Assembly (NCBI GenBank): GCA_964394465.1 | Contig: CAYMXS010000004.1 | Span: forward strand, 16,905 to 74,771 | DNA from: an uncultured Thermoplasmata archaeon | GTDB taxonomy: Archaea; Thermoplasmatota; Thermoplasmata; Halarchaeoplasmatales; Halarchaeoplasmataceae | Direction of reading: 5' to 3' | DNA: 57,867 nucleotides | In this document: piece after piece, positions 49,483 through 57,867 of the stretch | Layout: the number at the start of each line of letters is the position of its first letter | Position numbering within the stretch: position 1 is the stretch's first letter | Notes under the pieces: model-generated | The model's input: the letters and a program-made list of their open reading frames with translations, nothing else | What the model was told of the DNA's origin: nothing | The model's database searches: none | Translations under genes and position numbers: made by a program

Positions 49483-51429
49483 TCAGGCCTCTTCTTCTTC
49501 CTCTTCCTCTTCATCGACGACTTCGTAGTCCGCGTCGACGTATTCCTCGTCATCACTGGATTTCTCCTTTGAAGCTCCGGCCGCTCCTGCTCCCGGGGCT
49601 CCTTGTCCCATGCCTTGACCCATGTTCTGTCCTACGCCTTGTCCTGCTCCCTGTGCTGCACCCTGTCCTGGCTGTCCACCGGCACCCTGTTGGGCCTGAT
49701 ACATCTGCTGGCCGATCTCCTGTACCTTCTTGGAGAGCTCTTCCTTCTTCTCTTTGATCAGCTCATAGTCTTCTTCGTCGATAGCTTCCTGAAGCTCGTC
49801 CTTCTTCTCCTCGATCTCCTGTTTGATGGATTCGTCTATCTTGTCACCCATCTCTTCCAGCGTTCTTTCGGTAGAATAGACCAACTGCTGGGCCTCGTTC
49901 TTGGTCTGGATGCGTTCCTTCTTCTTCTTGTCCTCTTCGGCGTGCTGCTCGGCTTCTTCCTTCATCCTCTCGACTTCTTCTTCGGAAAGTTGGCCGGTTG
50001 CTTCTACAGTTATACTCTCTTCCTTACCCGTACCTTTGTCTTCGGCCGAGACGTTCAAAATACCGTTCTCGTCCATCTGGAAGGTCACTTCTATCTGCGG
50101 TACACCCTTCGGTGAAGGAGGTATACCTGTTAATGTGAACTGGCCTAAACTGTGGTTGTCCTTGGCCATGGCTCTTTCTCCCTGTACCACGTGGACGGTT
50201 ACAGCTGTCTGGTTGTCCGCCGCCGTGGTGAATACCTTGCTCTCCTCCGTAGGTATGGTGGTGTTCCTCTCGATCAATGTCTCGACCACGCCGCCCAGGG
50301 TCTCAACGCCCATGGAAAGCGGTGTGACGTCCAAAAGGACTATGTCGTCTTCGACATCGCCGGATATGACACCGGCCTGTATAGCGGCCCCTACGGCCAC
50401 GCATTCGTCCGGGTTGATCTTCATGTGGGGATCCTTGCCGAAGAAGTCATTCACGAAGTCCTTCACTGCAGGAAGTCTAGTAGACCCTCCGACCAGTATG
50501 ACCTCATCTATCTCTTTAGGATCCAAACCTGTATCATCCAGTGCAATATTGACCGGCTTCTTGGTCTTCTCAACGAGGTCTCTCGTCATGTTCTGGAATT
50601 CGGCCCTCGTGACCTCAAGCTCTAGATGCTGGGGCTCGCCGTCCTTGGCGGTCAAATAAGGCAGGTTTATCTCCGTTTTCTGCCTGCTGGACAGCTCTTT
50701 TTTCGCCTTCTCCGACGCCTCATAGACTCTCTGCAGTGCTTCTCTATCGTCCCGTTCTTTTAGATCAATACCAGTATCCTTCTGGAACTCTTCGAGACAG
50801 TGATCCATCAATTTTTCAGTCCAGTCATCGCCTCCGAGCTCGGTGTTTCCAGAGGTTGCTAGGACTTCATAGACTCCTCCACCCACTTCCAGGATGGAAA
50901 CGTCGAAGGTGCCTCCACCTAGATCGTAAACCAGTATAGTTTCGGCCTCCTTTTCCTCCATCCTGTAGGCCATGGATGAAGCCGTGGGCTCGTTGAAGAC
51001 CCTTTTAACTTCGAAACCGGCTATCTCCCCTGCGTTCTTCGTGGCCTCTCTCTGGGGCTCGTTGAAGTAAGCGGGAACCGTTATAACTGCCTGATCTATC
51101 TCCTCTCCAAGGTAGTCCTCTGCGTCCTGTTTCAGTTTCTGGAGTATCATCGCCGAGATCTGTTCAGGCGTGTAATCCTTGCCGTCTATATTCACCTTGT
51201 GATCTGTACCCATCTTCCTCTTGATGGATGTGATCGTCCTATCTGGGTTCTTGACTGCCTGTCTCTTCGCCATCTCACCTACTAAACGTTCACCGTCTTC
51301 CTTGAAAGCGACGACAGAAGGGGTCGTTCTTTCCCCCTCAGCGTTAGGGATGATAGTCGGTTCGCCACCTTCCATTATCGCCATCGCGGAATTCGTCGTT
51401 CCTAGATCTATACCTAATACTTTAGCCAT
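49483..51429 (-). CDS. dnaK: Chaperone DnaK (Hsp70)
   Basis: [33 protein letters not shown]. Confidence 0.98.
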   Translation of the reverse strand: MAKVLGIDLGTTNSAMAIMEGGEPTIIPNAEGERTTPSVVAFKEDGERLVGEMAKRQAVKNPDRTITSIKRKMGTDHKVNIDGKDYTPEQISAMILQKLKQDAEDYLGEEIDQAVITVPAYFNEPQREATKNAGEIAGFEVKRVFNEPTASSMAYRMEEKEAETILVYDLGGGTFDVSILEVGGGVYEVLATSGNTELGGDDWTEKLMDHCLEEFQKDTGIDLKERDDREALQRVYEASEKAKKELSSRQKTEINLPYLTAKDGEPQHLELEVTRAEFQNMTRDLVEKTKKPVNIALDDTGLDPKEIDEVILVGGSTRLPAVKDFVNDFFGKDPHMKINPDECVAVGAAIQAGVISGDVEDDIVLLDVTPLSMGVETLGGVVETLIERNTTIPTEESKVFTTAADNQTAVTVHVVQGERAMAKDNHSLGQFTLTGIPPSPKGVPQIEVTFQMDENGILNVSAEDKGTGKEESITVEATGQLSEEEVERMKEEAEQHAEEDKKKKERIQTKNEAQQLVYSTERTLEEMGDKIDESIKQEIEEKKDELQEAIDEEDYELIKEKKEELSKKVQEIGQQMYQAQQGAGGQPGQGAAQGAGQGVGQNMGQGMGQGAPGAGAAGASKEKSSDDEEYVDADYEVVDEEEEEEEEA

Positions 51430-51463
51430 CTTTATCACCTCATTCTTGAGTATGAAATCATCA

Positions 51464-52063
51464 TCATTTAGCTACCACAACTTTAGCGGGTCTGATTACC
51501 TTATCCTTTAGTTTATAACCCTTTTGGTACTCTTCTATTATCTTATCCTTCTCCACATCCTCTTTTTCAAGGGATTGGATGCATTCATGATACATCGGAT
51601 CGAACTTTTCGTCTTCAGCCTCTATCTCTTCTAGGCCGTGGTCGCTAAGGGTCCTGTAGAACTTCTTGTATATCATCCTGACGCCGTCCTCTTCGATCTC
51701 TGTATCTTCTTCTAGCGCTCTTTCGAAGTCGTCCAGTACCTCCAAGAGGTCCGTCACCAGGTCCTCAGCGGCTATCTTCCTGATCCTCTTCTTCTCCTTG
51801 TTCATCCTCTTCCGGTAGTTATCGAAGTCGGCCATCACCTTCTTCAGCGAAGATTCCAGGTCTTCCACTTCCTCCTTCAGCTGTTCCCTAGTGGGCTCTT
51901 CTTCCTCTTCTTCCTCTTTTTCTTCTTTTACTTCTTCTTCCAGTTCTTCTTCGATCTCCTCGCCTAGTTCATCTGTTTTCTGTTCCTCTGTTCCTGTCTT
52001 TCCTGCTCCCTGTTCAGCTATCTCAGTCTCTTCCTCTCCATCTTCCGATGTATCATCGTTCAT
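51464..52063 (-). CDS. grpE: Nucleotide exchange factor GrpE
   Basis: [34 protein letters not shown]. Confidence 0.95.
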   Translation of the reverse strand: MNDDTSEDGEEETEIAEQGAGKTGTEEQKTDELGEEIEEELEEEVKEEKEEEEEEEPTREQLKEEVEDLESSLKKVMADFDNYRKRMNKEKKRIRKIAAEDLVTDLLEVLDDFERALEEDTEIEEDGVRMIYKKFYRTLSDHGLEEIEAEDEKFDPMYHECIQSLEKEDVEKDKIIEEYQKGYKLKDKVIRPAKVVVAK

Positions 52064-52084
52064 GGTAACTCACTCTGTACTGAT

Positions 52085-52666
52085 CTATTCTATCTCTATC
52101 GGTTCTCCCGCCTCCTCGGTCATCTTCTGGAGCTCCACCTCTAGAACTCCGTTGTTGTAACTGGCCTTCGCTTCATCGGGCAGTGCCTTGGCGGGTAGAT
52201 TTATCGTCTTCCTGTACCTTCTCTTACCGTCGACTGAAACGGTCAGATAGTCATCCTTCACGCTGAGGTCTATGTTCTCCTTCTCTACTCCAGGCACTTC
52301 GATCGTGACGAGTATAGAATCCTCGGTCTCCTGCACATCGGTCAACGGGGTCCACTCTGACCTTTCATCCTCGTCCTTGCTGTAGAAGTAGTCCTTGGCA
52401 TTTCCAAACTCTTCGACCTTCGGTTGGCCGTCGGGACCAGTCCTTACTGAGAAACCGTACACGAAGGGATCTTTTCCAGTTCTTGCCCTGTTCTTCTTGA
52501 GCATCTCCTCGGCCAGTTTCTGCATCTTCTCGAATTCCTTATCTATGTCCGTGAAGCCGAACATATCTGAGGAACCGAACATATCTCCAAATATGTCTCT
52601 ACCGAACGTACCGAATGGGTCTCTTCTACTTCTATCTTCATCCTTTTTTTCATCATCTTCGCTCAT
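52085..52666 (-). CDS. hsp20: Archaeal small heat shock protein Hsp20
   Basis: PFVYGFSVRTGPDGQPKVEEFGN, PLTDV, IEVPGVEKENI, ASYNNGVLEV. Confidence 0.9.
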   Translation of the reverse strand: MSEDDEKKDEDRSRRDPFGTFGRDIFGDMFGSSDMFGFTDIDKEFEKMQKLAEEMLKKNRARTGKDPFVYGFSVRTGPDGQPKVEEFGNAKDYFYSKDEDERSEWTPLTDVQETEDSILVTIEVPGVEKENIDLSVKDDYLTVSVDGKRRYRKTINLPAKALPDEAKASYNNGVLEVELQKMTEEAGEPIEIE

Positions 52667-52670
52667 ATTA

Positions 52671-53321
52671 TCACCATATCTCGGTTTTTTCTTTAATCTC
52701 ATCAATCAACATCTCAACTCTATCTTCTCTGACCTCGAACTCCTTAGCGATCTTTTTGGGATCCTTCTCCCCCGTCTCCAGGACGTAATAAAGTAGGTTT
52801 CTCTTTTCATAATCCTCGAAATTTTTCCGTACCAAACGACAGGCATGGGAAAGGGCATCTTCCTTCAGCTTCAGTAGGTACCTTCTTTTCTTCTCCAATT
52901 CCTCTATCTCGTCGCTTATCTGTTCTATCAACTCTCGACGCTCCTCCAGGGATATATCATTACCGTCTTTAGTCTGGATCTTCTCCCTGAACCCATCGTA
53001 TTCCTCCACCGATTCCGGCTCGATATCCTCAATCTCCGTCTTAAAAACTCTAGGTCCCAGATCGACGCGAAGCGAGAACTCGCTGTTCAGCCGGTATATC
53101 TTGGTCGGGGGTCCCCCTCTAGAACTCTTTCCCGTTGTGGAGACCACGAGACCTTCTTCCTCCAATCGTTTCAGGTGCTTGGAAACAGCCTGCTGGCTGG
53201 TGTTCAGACTCCTAGATATCTGGAGTGGATACTGCTCCTCCTTGCTCAGTATCTCGAGGATCCTCCTTCTAGTGCGGTTGTGGAGGAGTTCTATTATCTC
53301 GTTGAACTTTTCGCTCTCCAT
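52671..53321 (-). CDS. ArsR-type wHTH regulator (Phr/HSR-like heat-shock regulator candidate)
   Basis: NRTRRRILEIL, SQQAVSKHLKRLEEEGLV, GGPPTKIY, coiled coil. Embedded in the chaperone operon. Confidence 0.85.
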   Translation of the reverse strand: MESEKFNEIIELLHNRTRRRILEILSKEEQYPLQISRSLNTSQQAVSKHLKRLEEEGLVVSTTGKSSRGGPPTKIYRLNSEFSLRVDLGPRVFKTEIEDIEPESVEEYDGFREKIQTKDGNDISLEERRELIEQISDEIEELEKKRRYLLKLKEDALSHACRLVRKNFEDYEKRNLLYYVLETGEKDPKKIAKEFEVREDRVEMLIDEIKEKTEIW

Positions 53322-53394
53322 TGGATCCCTTTCCTTTTACTATTTTTTAGGAATATATATTATATATAAAGAAATATGAGAGGAATGGTTTTTC

Positions 53395-53913
53395 TTACTT
53401 GATCTCGATCTTCTTGCCCTCTTTCTTCTCCTCTGGTTCTTTCTTGGGTAGGGTTATCTCTAAGACCCCATTGGATAGGCTCGCCTCGGCCTCTTCCGTC
53501 AGGACCTCGTCTGGAAGCGGCAGTTCTCTGTAGAACGACCTGTAGCCCCTCTCGTGTCTGAGGTAATCCTCTCCTTCCTCTTTGGTCTCTTCTTTAGTCT
53601 CAGCCTTGATGGTCAACTTATCATCCCGGAGTTCGATCTCTATATCGTCTTTGTCTATCCCCGGTAATTCCGCTTCACAGAGATACATGTCACCCCTGTC
53701 CTGTATATCACATGCGGGAGCTCTGAACGACGGACGTCCCCTCCGCTTCGATATCATCGGTCTACCGAAGAAGCGGTCGAAGGTCTTGTCTAGTTCCTCG
53801 AACATCTCGTCCATCTCTCCGAAAGGACCGAAGAACCAATCGCCACGTCTTCGCTTCGCTAGTCCTCTTTCTTCTTCACCCTCATTCTCTTCTTTCTTTT
53901 CTTCTTCAACCAT
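53395..53913 (-). CDS. Hsp20/alpha-crystallin family protein
   Basis: AELPGIDKDDI, ERGYRSFYRELPLP, NGVLEITLPK. SD GAGGTGG before ATG 53913. Confidence 0.92.
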   Translation of the reverse strand: MVEEEKKEENEGEEERGLAKRRRGDWFFGPFGEMDEMFEELDKTFDRFFGRPMISKRRGRPSFRAPACDIQDRGDMYLCEAELPGIDKDDIEIELRDDKLTIKAETKEETKEEGEDYLRHERGYRSFYRELPLPDEVLTEEAEASLSNGVLEITLPKKEPEEKKEGKKIEIK

Positions 53914-53929
53914 TTTAACCACCTCTATT

Positions 53930-53990
53930 TGACAACTCTTTCTTGTAATGTTGTCATTTGGTAAATGGCAGAGGTTCTATATAAAAATTT
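53930..53990 (-). promoter_or_regulatory. Heat-shock operon promoter with downstream inverted repeat
   Basis: TATA-like TTTTTATATA (~53978-53987, minus); TGACAAC-N13-GTTGTCA at 53930-53956. Confidence 0.55.
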
Positions 53991-54075
53991 TGTTTAGGGG
54001 GTGGTTTGTAAAACAACGAAAGTTTAATAAGAGATATCAGGATATATAAATAAGTTCAAAACCAAGGTGAAACCT

Positions 54076-54894
54076 TTGGAAGGTAAAACCAACAGAAAAA
54101 AGGTCAATCTTTTGGGCCCACCAGGCGTAGGAAAGACTTCACTCGTCCTGCGCTTCGTCAAGAACGTCTTTGGGGAGGAGTATCTCAAGACGATCGGAAC
54201 GAACGTGTACACCAAAACTGTATCCTTCAAGGAAGGAGAAGTGAAACTGATAATAAACGACATAATGGGAGAAAAAGTATACAAATCAGTCAGGGAAACC
54301 GCTTTTAGAGGATCTACCGGGGCCATCGCAGTAGTGGATATCACTAGAAAAGAGACTCTAGAGAGCATCATCGAGAACTGGCTGCCGGCCTATTACAGGA
54401 TAGCGAGTGAGGAAAATCCCGTAATATTAGCGGTCAATAAATTCGACCTGGAGGACAAGAAGATCACCTCTGAGTATCTTCAGGATATCTCATCTGAGTT
54501 TCAAAATACAGTCTTCACCTCGGCAAAGACCGGAAGGAACGTAGAGTACATGTTCCAGGAGCTGGCATCTGCAGTGGCCTTCAATCTTCAGGTCTCTATC
54601 GAGGATATAGACGACATCATTGATAAGAGGACGATAGATACACCTAGAGAACTCCTAGATGTTGTATTCGCTGCGGTTTCTGAGCTCAACGATATACCCT
54701 ATGCATTTAGAGAGGTCATGCTCAAGGACAGCGGTATAGAGAAGTTCGACCTGGACGAAGAACTCTTCGATATAGGTGAAGAAGAGGTCTTTTCCTACGC
54801 CGAGAAGCTGAAGGGATGGTACAAGGAAAGAGGAGACGACTACTCTCGTAAGGTCATCGATAAAGCCATCAAGAAATATAGGGAAGAGAGTTGA
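54076..54894 (+). CDS. Rab/Ras-like small GTPase with C-terminal helical extension, paralog 1
   Basis: G1 GPPGVGKTS, G2 YLKTIG, G3 DIMG, G4 NKFD, G5 SAK. Likely TTG start after GGTGA. Confidence 0.88.
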   Translation: MEGKTNRKKVNLLGPPGVGKTSLVLRFVKNVFGEEYLKTIGTNVYTKTVSFKEGEVKLIINDIMGEKVYKSVRETAFRGSTGAIAVVDITRKETLESIIENWLPAYYRIASEENPVILAVNKFDLEDKKITSEYLQDISSEFQNTVFTSAKTGRNVEYMFQELASAVAFNLQVSIEDIDDIIDKRTIDTPRELLDVVFAAVSELNDIPYAFREVMLKDSGIEKFDLDEELFDIGEEEVFSYAEKLKGWYKERGDDYSRKVIDKAIKKYREES

Positions 54895-55027
54895 ACAGGT
54901 TACAACAGCTTACCATCTTTTACTCTAAAATCATGCCTTCAAATAGCTTTATTTTGACTCACTATTGACAAAGATTTAATAGGGAATCCAAGTTAATGTG
55001 GTACAGCCAAAGATAAAGGTGGAGATC

Positions 55028-55846
55028 TTGTCAGGAAAGGTATATAAGAAAAAGGTCAATCTCTTGGGAGCACCAGGTGTTGGAAAGACATCTCTGATAC
55101 TGCGCTTCGTCAAGAACGTCTACGGTGAAGAATATCTTAAAACTATAGGTACGAACATATATACCAAGACGGTACCGTTCAAGGAAGGGGAAGTGAAATT
55201 GGTACTGCACGATATAATGGGTGAAAAGGCCTATGAGTCAGTAAGAGCCACCGCTTTTAGAGGATCTACCGGGGCTATAGCGGTTGCCGATGTAACCAGG
55301 AAAGATACCTTGGATGCCCTGATGAATGACTGGATCCCAGAATACAAGGAGCAATCGAGCGAGTCCAATCCTCTGATACTTGCCATAAACAAGTTCGACT
55401 TAGATGAAAAGAAGATCGGTCTAGAAGAGATAGAACGGGTGTCATCCGAATTCGAAAGGACCGTTTTTACCTCTGCGAAGTCAGGGAGGAATGTGGAGTA
55501 TATCTTCAAAGAGTTAGCATCTGCAGTAGCTTACAACCTTCAGGTCTCCATCGAGGATATAGACGATGTGATCGCTAAACGGGAGATGGAAACCCCAAGG
55601 GATCTTTTAGATGTGATATTCGCGGCTTGCTCAGAACTTGGGGATCTCTCCTACGACGAGAGAGAGGAACTGCTGAGAGAAAGCAATATCGAGAAATTCG
55701 ATCTTGATGAAGAACTCTTCGAGATAAAAGAGGACAAGGTATTGACATTCTCCCAAAAAGTCAAGGAGTGGTACCAGAAGAAAGACAAGGATTACTCAAA
55801 GTCCGTTATAGAGAAAGCCATAGAGAAGTATAAAGAGGATTCCTGA
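55028..55846 (+). CDS. Rab/Ras-like small GTPase with C-terminal helical extension, paralog 2
   Basis: G1 GAPGVGKTS, G2 YLKTIG, G3 DIMG, G4 NKFD, G5 SAK. Likely TTG start after GGTGGAG. Confidence 0.88.
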   Translation: MSGKVYKKKVNLLGAPGVGKTSLILRFVKNVYGEEYLKTIGTNIYTKTVPFKEGEVKLVLHDIMGEKAYESVRATAFRGSTGAIAVADVTRKDTLDALMNDWIPEYKEQSSESNPLILAINKFDLDEKKIGLEEIERVSSEFERTVFTSAKSGRNVEYIFKELASAVAYNLQVSIEDIDDVIAKREMETPRDLLDVIFAACSELGDLSYDEREELLRESNIEKFDLDEELFEIKEDKVLTFSQKVKEWYQKKDKDYSKSVIEKAIEKYKEDS

Positions 55847-55863
55847 TTTTTTTACAGACCGTT

Positions 55864-56508
55864 TCATCTCTGGTGCGCCACGATCAGGTATACCATACCA
55901 GCCATATTTCTCTCTATCTCTTTCGTCCGGAAGACTTCTTGAACCATCCCTGGTATATCTCTATCCATATGGGTCCTCCCAAACAGCTTGGCAGAGAGCA
56001 TCATGGGGACAAAGAGCAACTTTGAAAGGATATGATCCGGCCATCCAGTGTCCAAGATTATCATCTTTCCATCCTCCTTCAACAGCCGGGCTGATTCCTC
56101 TAGTGCCTTTTCGGGATGAGGTACAGTGGTAAGGGTGAATGTGGAGATTATCCTATCGAAATGATCGTCTGGATAATCTGATTCCTCGATGTCATCGTAG
56201 TTCAAGCGAGCCCTTTCCATAATATTTTCTTTCTCAACTCTAGCTCTCGCTCTTTCTATCATAGCCTGACTGATATCGGTGCCTATCACCTCTCCTCCAT
56301 CCAATGATTGCACTATCCAGGGGAGTATCTCACCGGTTCCGGTTCCTATATCTAGAACCCTTTCATCACCCATGAGGGACAACTCATCTACAGCCCTTCT
56401 CTTCCATCTCTTCTGGGGTCTAGAAACTAGGGGAAAGCTGTCTATCTTGTCGTAGAAGCGAGTCCATTTATCATATCTAGACGAAATCTTCTGTTTTTTA
56501 TCTACCAT
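55864..56508 (-). CDS. Class I SAM-dependent methyltransferase (UbiE/MenG-like)
   Basis: VLDIGTGTG, GTDISQAM, FDRIISTF, LLKEDG. Confidence 0.85.
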   Translation of the reverse strand: MVDKKQKISSRYDKWTRFYDKIDSFPLVSRPQKRWKRRAVDELSLMGDERVLDIGTGTGEILPWIVQSLDGGEVIGTDISQAMIERARARVEKENIMERARLNYDDIEESDYPDDHFDRIISTFTLTTVPHPEKALEESARLLKEDGKMIILDTGWPDHILSKLLFVPMMLSAKLFGRTHMDRDIPGMVQEVFRTKEIERNMAGMVYLIVAHQR

Positions 56509-56525
56509 ATTTACCTACATCTTCC

Positions 56526-57497
56526 CTACCAGGGCAGTTGTATACCGAACATCAGATCCTGGTACATGACGTAATATGATATCATGTAACCTAGGATAGC
56601 TCCGGAGTTCAATAATGGGAGACCGGCATGTGCTTTGCCCTTGAGCACGAAACGGAGCAGGATGAGCATACCTATTATAGCACCAACCATGGAACCCAAG
56701 GCCACTAAAAGAGGTGCATAGAAACCTGAGACCATGATTTTGGGCAGGTAAAGTGAAGCAGAAACGGGTAGGATACCAGGGATGATAACATCTCCAAGCC
56801 CAACGAACATAGCATCTCTACTCCCTTCCTTGCCTTTTGATTTCTTCTGTCTCTCCTTCATCGGATCTTTTTGCTCAGAGAAGGAGTAGTTCTTTTTATT
56901 CGGCATCACCATCATCACCGGTAGCTTCTGCTTCATCACTCCAGAGGCTAGAGTAAGCATATGTTTCGTCTTGTACACGGATATAAAATCGTAGACTGCT
57001 AGTACGATGAGTAGGATCAGAACAGGCAATATCCCGAAACTCATGCCGAATATACCGGCGATCCCGGCACCCATGACCGCTCCTATAGAATCTATAACGT
57101 ACCATTCTGGCTTCTTGTATAGAGTGTATGTGAGCAGGATGGCCAGAGGAACAGAAAGCACGAACGCGAGATCGAAGGGTATGATTATCAACAAGGGATA
57201 CATAAGATGGAACAGGACCGGGTAGAACACATAGAATAACGTGAGTCCTACCACTCCCAGTATGGCATACTGAAGAAAATTTCCTTCAGTATACTTCATC
57301 ACCAGTAGAAGCCCACCTGTGAATAATATGATGAATCCTATATATATAAGGGGGTTTATGGGGTTGTTCGTATCGCTTCCAAAGGCCCTGTACTCCTGAG
57401 GGTAGGTCTGGACCACGGTCAGAGCCAGCATATGTGTTAAGACCATGGTGCAAGCGATCGCAACTATCGGTAGATGTTTCCTCTGGATCAGGGCCAT
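56526..57497 (-). CDS. Presenilin-family intramembrane aspartyl protease (PSH)
   Basis: LAVYDFISVYKTKHM (YD), GLGD, AGLPLLN (PAL-equivalent); ~9 TM. Confidence 0.92.
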   Translation of the reverse strand: MALIQRKHLPIVAIACTMVLTHMLALTVVQTYPQEYRAFGSDTNNPINPLIYIGFIILFTGGLLLVMKYTEGNFLQYAILGVVGLTLFYVFYPVLFHLMYPLLIIIPFDLAFVLSVPLAILLTYTLYKKPEWYVIDSIGAVMGAGIAGIFGMSFGILPVLILLIVLAVYDFISVYKTKHMLTLASGVMKQKLPVMMVMPNKKNYSFSEQKDPMKERQKKSKGKEGSRDAMFVGLGDVIIPGILPVSASLYLPKIMVSGFYAPLLVALGSMVGAIIGMLILLRFVLKGKAHAGLPLLNSGAILGYMISYYVMYQDLMFGIQLPW

Positions 57498-57515
57498 ATA
57501 TTTCCTTCCTCACGC

Positions 57516-57867
57516 TCAGCCGACTGGTTTTCCAAAGGCCAGGGTGCCTTTCACTTTGTTTATCCGTACCTTTACCTTATCTCCCTTCGTTGTTCCCGGT
57601 ACATAGATGGTGTACTTTCCTCTCTTGGCCTTGCCGTCGCCTTCCTTGCCTATATCTTGTATCATTAGCTCGTAGGTCTTTCCTTCTCTTATCTCCTTGC
57701 TGCTGGTAGAGGCTTTGGATTTCTTCTTCTTGCCTCTTATCGGATGATGGGCCCCGCAGGCGTCACATCTAAGAACGGTGACCCTACCTTCCTTCTCCAA
57801 TCTCGTATCTGGCCTACCACACTCGCTGCACAATACGTATTTCTCCACATAGGCCTTCAGCTTATCA
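57516..57867 (-). CDS. eif2b: Translation initiation factor aIF-2 beta with C-terminal TRAM domain (partial, 5' end outside window)
   Basis: YVLCSECGRPDT...LRCDACGA Zn finger; IQDIGKEGDG...IYVPGT TRAM. Confidence 0.93.
   Translation of the reverse strand, partial: DKLKAYVEKYVLCSECGRPDTRLEKEGRVTVLRCDACGAHHPIRGKKKKSKASTSSKEIREGKTYELMIQDIGKEGDGKAKRGKYTIYVPGTTKGDKVKVRINKVKGTLAFGKPVG

Noticed and set aside
1-57867. tRNA, rRNA, transposase, integrase or prophage genes
   Set aside because: None recognised by eye in intergenic regions or ORFs. A tRNAscan-SE/Infernal run would be needed to exclude small RNAs.

Overview
Archaeal chromosomal window. Evidence: egsA/G1PDH, rps15, ArcS, aIF-2beta-TRAM, CDC48, archaeal DnaG, TATA/BRE promoters and oligo-T terminators. 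The very Glu/Asp-rich proteins and gene repertoire suggest a halophilic member of Thermoplasmatota (inference). Most of the window is housekeeping: start of a hisZ-hisG operon, rps15-DHH, dnaG, ppdK, arcS, cdc48-PRC barrel-rsmA, a KaiC-like pair, thi4, egsA, an hsp20-ArsR-hsp20-grpE-dnaK-dnaJ operon, presenilin-like protease and aIF-2beta. Six things stand out. (1) A 13.4-kb four-gene operon (4612-18026, minus) encodes a 2563-aa Ig-repeat surface protein, a secreted MIDAS-intact vWA protein, a polytopic membrane protein fused to a tandem CDC48-type AAA+ motor, and a small membrane protein. (2) An unannotated 25-codon leader peptide ending His-His, with alternative stems and a U-tract, lies upstream of hisZ and looks like a histidine attenuator in an archaeon. 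(3) A ~200-nt multi-stem RNA with G-U pairs lies in the dnaG 5' leader. (4) A molybdenum-cofactor operon is decaying. (5) Two tandem Rab-like small GTPases carry an extra C-terminal domain. (6) A 1051-aa Zn-ribbon/HhH/Pro-rich/coiled-coil/HTH protein. I recognised no tRNA, rRNA, CRISPR array or transposase. All family assignments come from motif recognition by eye, with no database search.
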